Below, in pieces: positions 59,752-64,000 of a stretch of 64,000 nt of DNA (positions are counted from its first letter, which is position 1; every line of letters begins with the position of its first letter). The translations under genes and the position numbers were made by a program. The notes below the pieces were generated by a model. That model searched no databases, was not told where the DNA came from, and was given only the letters and a program-made list of their open reading frames with translations. The stretch comes from an uncultured delta proteobacterium (GTDB taxonomy: Bacteria; Myxococcota; Myxococcia; Myxococcales; Myxococcaceae). The DNA lies in the NCBI GenBank assembly GCA_963776345.1, contig CAVZMH010000013.1, forward strand, positions 64,001 to 128,000. The letters are read 5' to 3'.

Positions 59752-60510
59752 ATGTCCTCGACCTCGGATTCCCTCGGCCGGCGCGCCGGACGCGCCTTCA
59801 CCCGCCTGGTGGTGACCCTCCTGGTGCTCGCGCTGCTCGGGGCGGTGGGCTTCCTGCTGAGCCGGCTCAACGCCCGGACGTTCACCCTCCAGCAGCAGGA
59901 CGGGAAGCTGCTGGTGCTGAAGGGGCGGATGCTCCCGGTGGGCGCCGACCCCTACCGGCCCTCCGACCCCGCGCTGGCCGCGGCGTACGCCCCCGTCGAC
60001 CTCCTGGGCGGGACGGCCGCCGGGCTCGACGGGGCGAAGTTCGAGGAGCGCGACGCGCTCGACCGCGCCCTGTTCGGGTTCCTGGAAGGGCTCGCCCGGC
60101 CGAGGCTCGTCTCCGACGACCCGGCGATGCTCTCGGCTGGGTTGATGGTGCTCGGACGGATGCAGAAGCTCGGGGGCATCACCGACGAGCAGCGCCGCAC
60201 CCTGAAGGGCCTCGAGTCCGAGGTGGCGTTCTTCCAGGCCCGCACCCGGCTGGACCAGGCCCGGCGGGACATCGCCGAGGCGATGACCCAGCTGCGGCTC
60301 GCGGCGGACAGCGGCGGGCGGCACGCCCGGTCCGCGCACCGGATGCTCGGCGCGGTGGAGCCGGCCGCCGCGGCGCTGGAGGACGCGCTGCGCCGTGCGG
60401 TGTACACGCTGGACTCGGATTCGTCCGAGACTCCCTCCCCGGCCGGGCCCGCTCCCATCGCCCCCATCGCTCCGTCCGTCCGCCCGACACCCGACGCCGG
60501 GTCGCCCTAG
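59752..60510 (+). CDS. Hypothetical single-pass membrane protein
   Basis: AGGAG RBS; N-terminal TM, helical body, Pro-rich tail. Confidence 0.7.
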   Translation: MSSTSDSLGRRAGRAFTRLVVTLLVLALLGAVGFLLSRLNARTFTLQQQDGKLLVLKGRMLPVGADPYRPSDPALAAAYAPVDLLGGTAAGLDGAKFEERDALDRALFGFLEGLARPRLVSDDPAMLSAGLMVLGRMQKLGGITDEQRRTLKGLESEVAFFQARTRLDQARRDIAEAMTQLRLAADSGGRHARSAHRMLGAVEPAAAALEDALRRAVYTLDSDSSETPSPAGPAPIAPIAPSVRPTPDAGSP

Positions 60511-60597
60511 AGCGCTTGTGGCCGGACGCGGGGCTCGGCGATGCTCCGCGCCCGAGGGGAGCCATCCGTCAAGGATGTCAAAGGGGGAACACCGCAC

Positions 60598-61134
60598 ATG
60601 ATCCGCACCACGTTCATCTCGCTCGCGATGCTCGCGCTCGCCTGTGCCGAGGGGGCCGCGGGCTCCGGCGCGCCCGACTTCCAGCCCACCGGCGGCATCA
60701 CGGTGGCCTCGGGCAACGGGTCCCGGTTCAACGCCACCCGGGTCGTCGGACCCAAGGCGCAGTTCAACCAGCGCTCCGACGGCAGCTGGGGTGGGACCGT
60801 CTACGGGAGCGGGGGGAGGCCGATCCCCATCGACGCGAACTTCCAGGGCGGGCAGCTCGTCGGGGCCAACATCCGGCTGAACATTGTCCGCCAGGGCGGG
60901 CAGACGAGCATCTTCGGCACGCTCCAGGACCGCATCATCCGGTTCGAACTGAACGCCACCGAGATCCGCGTCTTCACTGGCGCGACCGCCGGGCAGGGGC
61001 GGTCCGAGACCTACGTCAAGCTCGCCGGCCCCGGCGAGTACGGCGGCCCGCAGTCCCTGACGCTCGAGGGCGAGGCGCAGCAGGCTCCGCCGACACCCGC
61101 CTTCGCCCTGGCGATGGTCGCCGCGTTCATCTAG
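60598..61134 (+). CDS. Hypothetical lipoprotein (beta-rich)
   Basis: GGGGG RBS; signal peptide ending LALAC; GC3-biased codons. Confidence 0.65.
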   Translation: MIRTTFISLAMLALACAEGAAGSGAPDFQPTGGITVASGNGSRFNATRVVGPKAQFNQRSDGSWGGTVYGSGGRPIPIDANFQGGQLVGANIRLNIVRQGGQTSIFGTLQDRIIRFELNATEIRVFTGATAGQGRSETYVKLAGPGEYGGPQSLTLEGEAQQAPPTPAFALAMVAAFI

Positions 61135-61687
61135 GGGCCGCGGCCGGCTCCAGCACCCCGACGAAGGGGAGGTTCCGCCACCGCTCGTCGTGGTCGAGCC
61201 CGTAGCCGACCAGGAACCGGTCGTCGACCTCGAAGCAGGTGTAGTCCACCGTCACCGGCTCGATCCGGCGCGAGGGTTTGTCCAGGAGCGCGCAGGTCCG
61301 CACGCTGCGGCATCCCCGCGCCGCCAGCGCCTGGAGCAGAAAGCGGAGCGTGAGGCCGGTGTCCACGATGTCCTCGACCACCAGGACGTCCCGGTCGTGG
61401 AGAGGGGTGCCGGTGTCGCTGGTGATCCGCACCTCGCCGCTGGAGCGGGTCCCGGCCCCGTACGAGGCCACGCCCAGGAACTCCATCCGCAGCGGCAGGG
61501 CGATGGCCCGGACGAGGTCGGCGGCGAAGATCGAGGCGCCCTTCAGGACGCAGAGGACGGTGAGCGGGCGATCGGCGTAGTCGGCGGTGATGCGCGCGCC
61601 GAGCTCGGCCACCCGCGCGGCGAGGGCCGCCTGCCCGAACAGCACCCGGACGCCGGGCGCCCACGAGACCGGAGAGTCGTCTGGCAT
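61127..61687 (-). CDS. hpt: Hypoxanthine phosphoribosyltransferase
   Basis: CVLKG, VLVVEDIVDTGLT, LLDKP, VGYGLD, RNLP. Confidence 0.95.
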   Translation of the reverse strand: MPDDSPVSWAPGVRVLFGQAALAARVAELGARITADYADRPLTVLCVLKGASIFAADLVRAIALPLRMEFLGVASYGAGTRSSGEVRITSDTGTPLHDRDVLVVEDIVDTGLTLRFLLQALAARGCRSVRTCALLDKPSRRIEPVTVDYTCFEVDDRFLVGYGLDHDERWRNLPFVGVLEPAAAPR

Positions 61688-61900
61688 CGGCGGTCACTCT
61701 AGCGCGCAGCGCGACTTCTTCGAGCGATTCCATGGGGTTCGGCCATGGAGCTCCCTCGGCCCTGGGGCCCTCGCCCGGGCGCGGTCTCCACGGGCGTGTT
61801 CCCCAAACCCCGACGCCTGGCTGCCCGCCCGCTGTGTAGGCGGAGGTGCTTGATTTCTGTCCGGTGCTCAACGGAAGCTTCCCCCGAGCGAGGGGCGGCC

Positions 61901-62170
61901 ATGGACATCACGGACGTGAAGATTTTTCCGGTCGATGAGGAAAAGCTCAAGGCGTACGTGACCATCACCCTGGACGGCTGCTTCGTGGTGCGGGACCTGA
62001 AGGTCATCCAGGGCTCCGCGGGACTGTTTGTCGCCATGCCGGCCAAGAAGCGGAAGGACGGCACCTACAAGGACATCGCCCACCCGCTGAACACCGACAT
62101 GCGGGCCCGCATGGAGCGCGTCATCCTCGACCAGTACGAGCGGAGCACCGAACGCCTGGGCGCGGCCTAG
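61901..62170 (+). CDS. spoVG: SpoVG nucleic-acid-binding protein
   Basis: MDITDVKI, LKAYVTIT, GLFVAMP, YKDIAHP. Confidence 0.95.
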   Translation: MDITDVKIFPVDEEKLKAYVTITLDGCFVVRDLKVIQGSAGLFVAMPAKKRKDGTYKDIAHPLNTDMRARMERVILDQYERSTERLGAA

Positions 62171-62248
62171 AGGGCCCCCGGCGGCTGATTGCTCGCCGCA
62201 CTTCCACATCGGGCTCCGCTGATCTAGGTGAACACCGCCCCCGACCCC

Positions 62249-63202
62249 ATGCCCACGGCGCGCGACTTCAAGGTCTTCGCTGGAAACTCCAACCTCCCGC
62301 TCGCGCGCCGCATCTGTGAGCACCTGAAGCGCCCGCTGGGCAAGGCCGAGGTGGGCCGGTTCTCGGATGGCGAGATCCAGATCGAGATCGGCGAGAACGT
62401 CCGCGGCCAGGACGCCTTCATCGTCCAGTCCACCTGCCCGCCGGCGAACGACCACATCATGGAGCTGCTGATCATGTGTGACGCGCTCAAGCGCGCCTCC
62501 GCACAGTCGATCACCGCGGTGATCCCCTACTTCGGCTACGCCCGGCAGGACCGGAAGGTCGTCCCCCGGACGCCGATCACCGCGAAGCTGGTGGCCGATT
62601 TGCTCGAGTCCGCCGGCGCCACCCGGGTCGTGTCCATGGACATGCACGTGGCGCAGATCCAGGGCTTCTTCCACATCCCGTCGGACCACCTCTTCGCCTC
62701 GCCGGTGTTCCTCGAGGACGTCCGGCGCAACTTCCCTGCCACCGACGAGCTGGTGCTGGTCTCGCCCGACGCGGGCGGCGTGGAGCGGGCGCGCGCCTAC
62801 TCCAAGCGGCTCAACGCCTCGCTGGCCATCGTCGACAAGCGGCGCACCCGGGCCAACGTCTCCGAGGTGATGAACCTCATCGGCGACGTCCGCGGGCGCG
62901 ACGCCGTGCTCATCGACGACATGGTGGACACCGGCGGGACGCTCACCCAGGCAGCCCTGGCGCTGAAGGCCGAGGGCGCGCGGCGGGTGGTGGCCTACGC
63001 GGTGCATCCCATCCTCTCCGGGCCGGCAGTGAAGCGCATCCAGGAGTCGGTGCTGGAGGAGGCCGTGTTCACCGACACCGTCCCGCTCGGTCCCGCCGCC
63101 GCGGCCTGCACCAAGATCCGGCAGCTCAGCACCGCCCGGCTCTTCGCCGACGCCATCCAGCGCATCTACTCCGGCGACTCGCTCAGCTCGCTCTTCGTGT
63201 AG
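62249..63202 (+). CDS. prs: Ribose-phosphate pyrophosphokinase
   Basis: FSDGE, PYFGYARQDRK, VSPDAGGVERA, DDMVDTGGT. The start could alternatively be 62228. Confidence 0.97.
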   Translation: MPTARDFKVFAGNSNLPLARRICEHLKRPLGKAEVGRFSDGEIQIEIGENVRGQDAFIVQSTCPPANDHIMELLIMCDALKRASAQSITAVIPYFGYARQDRKVVPRTPITAKLVADLLESAGATRVVSMDMHVAQIQGFFHIPSDHLFASPVFLEDVRRNFPATDELVLVSPDAGGVERARAYSKRLNASLAIVDKRRTRANVSEVMNLIGDVRGRDAVLIDDMVDTGGTLTQAALALKAEGARRVVAYAVHPILSGPAVKRIQESVLEEAVFTDTVPLGPAAAACTKIRQLSTARLFADAIQRIYSGDSLSSLFV

Positions 63203-63413
63203 CGACGGGCCGGCATCGCACCGTCGCCTCCGCTCTCGCGCATGCTCCCACCCTGGCGCTGCGACCGCGGGGGGGGGCGGACGTTGGCGCAGGCGGCAAC
63301 CTTCCGTCATACTCGGACGCGCTGGAACCCGGGGACAGTCCCGGAGCGCGAATGGGTCACTGGCGGTCTGGCGGACGACCGCGGGCTCCAGCAGAGCACG
63401 TCGCGGAGAGAGG

Positions 63414-63791
63414 ATGCCTGCCCGGAGCCGATCGAAGACGGTGCTCATCGTCGAGGACGATCCGGACATCCGGGAGGTCCTGGAGGAGATGATCGACGCC
63501 GGAGGCCATCCGGTGCTCACCGCCACCAACGGCGCCGAGGGGCTGGCCGCGCTCACCCAGGTGGACCCGCCGGCGCTGGTGCTGCTCGATCTGATGATGC
63601 CGGTGATGAGCGGCTTCGCCTTCCTCGAGGAGCTGGCCCGGATGCCGGCCCGGAGGGGCGACATGGTCCTGCTGATCAGCGCCAACGAGACCGTCGACCG
63701 CGCCGCGCAGCTCCCCGGCGTGGTGGGCTACGTCAAGAAGCCTTTCGACCTGGACGAAGTGCTGGCGCTGGTCGAGAAGTTCCTGAAGTGA
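63414..63791 (+). CDS. Single-domain response regulator
   Basis: VLIVEDD, LDLMMPVMSG, ISA, KKPF. Confidence 0.9.
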   Translation: MPARSRSKTVLIVEDDPDIREVLEEMIDAGGHPVLTATNGAEGLAALTQVDPPALVLLDLMMPVMSGFAFLEELARMPARRGDMVLLISANETVDRAAQLPGVVGYVKKPFDLDEVLALVEKFLK

Positions 63792-64000
63792 TGCCCGGGA
63801 CGACGGCCCGGAGCGCGGCCCCGAGCGCCGCCGCGGACGGCGGGCGGCCCGCCGGGTCCGACGCGAGGCAATCGAGGATGGGGCGGACCAGCGCGTGAGG
63901 AATCGGCTCGCCCGCGGGAGTCTCGGCCGGGAGCAGCTCGGGCCCGCCGCGCACCCGGCCCGGACGGCGGCCGGCGAGCATCTCGTAGAGGACCACCCCG
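63733..64000 (-). CDS. C-terminal end of a Ser/Thr (Hanks-type) protein kinase; 5' part outside window
   Basis: GVVLYEMLAGRRP (subdomain IX) and CLASDPAGRP (subdomain XI). Confidence 0.75.
   Translation of the reverse strand, partial: GVVLYEMLAGRRPGRVRGGPELLPAETPAGEPIPHALVRPILDCLASDPAGRPPSAAALGAALRAVVPGITSGTSRPAPALRPGRKAS

Noticed and set aside
53723..61205. Very long antisense or alternate-frame ORFs (1345 aa, 1349 aa and many similar)
   Set aside because: R/P/G/A-rich shadow ORFs expected at this GC content, overlapping well-supported genes and showing no motifs.

Overview
Very GC-rich bacterial chromosome segment whose gene content points to a myxobacterium (phylum Myxococcota; inferred, not searched). 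Three blocks are present. (1) 1-5023: the isc Fe-S operon (iscS partial, iscU, iscA, hscB, hscA, fdx) and a tRNA-Leu(CAG) with its own sigma70-type promoter. (2) 5080-42565: a ~37.5 kb Wzx/Wzy-type polysaccharide locus next to the tRNA. It has a priming transferase, a short OPX with a beta-barrel partner, two co-polymerase (PCP) plus kinase-dead BY-kinase-like pairs, Wzx, and Wzy preceded by an unannotated 56-aa membrane ORF. It also has several glycosyltransferases, a CDP-sugar C-methylation/amination cassette, AsnB, ATP-grasp, acyl- and pyruvyl-transferases, three exported glycan-active proteins and a 61-bp tandem repeat. Six of its reading frames breaks are +1 frameshifts, probably sequencing errors. 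(3) 42728-64000: a mevalonate operon, a histidine kinase, an operon of methyltransferase-like coiled-coil protein, dapF, degenerate GGDEF protein and REC-DUF4388-GTPase-like protein, then hpt, spoVG, prs, a response regulator and a Ser/Thr kinase fragment. All calls come from motif recognition by eye; no database searches were run.
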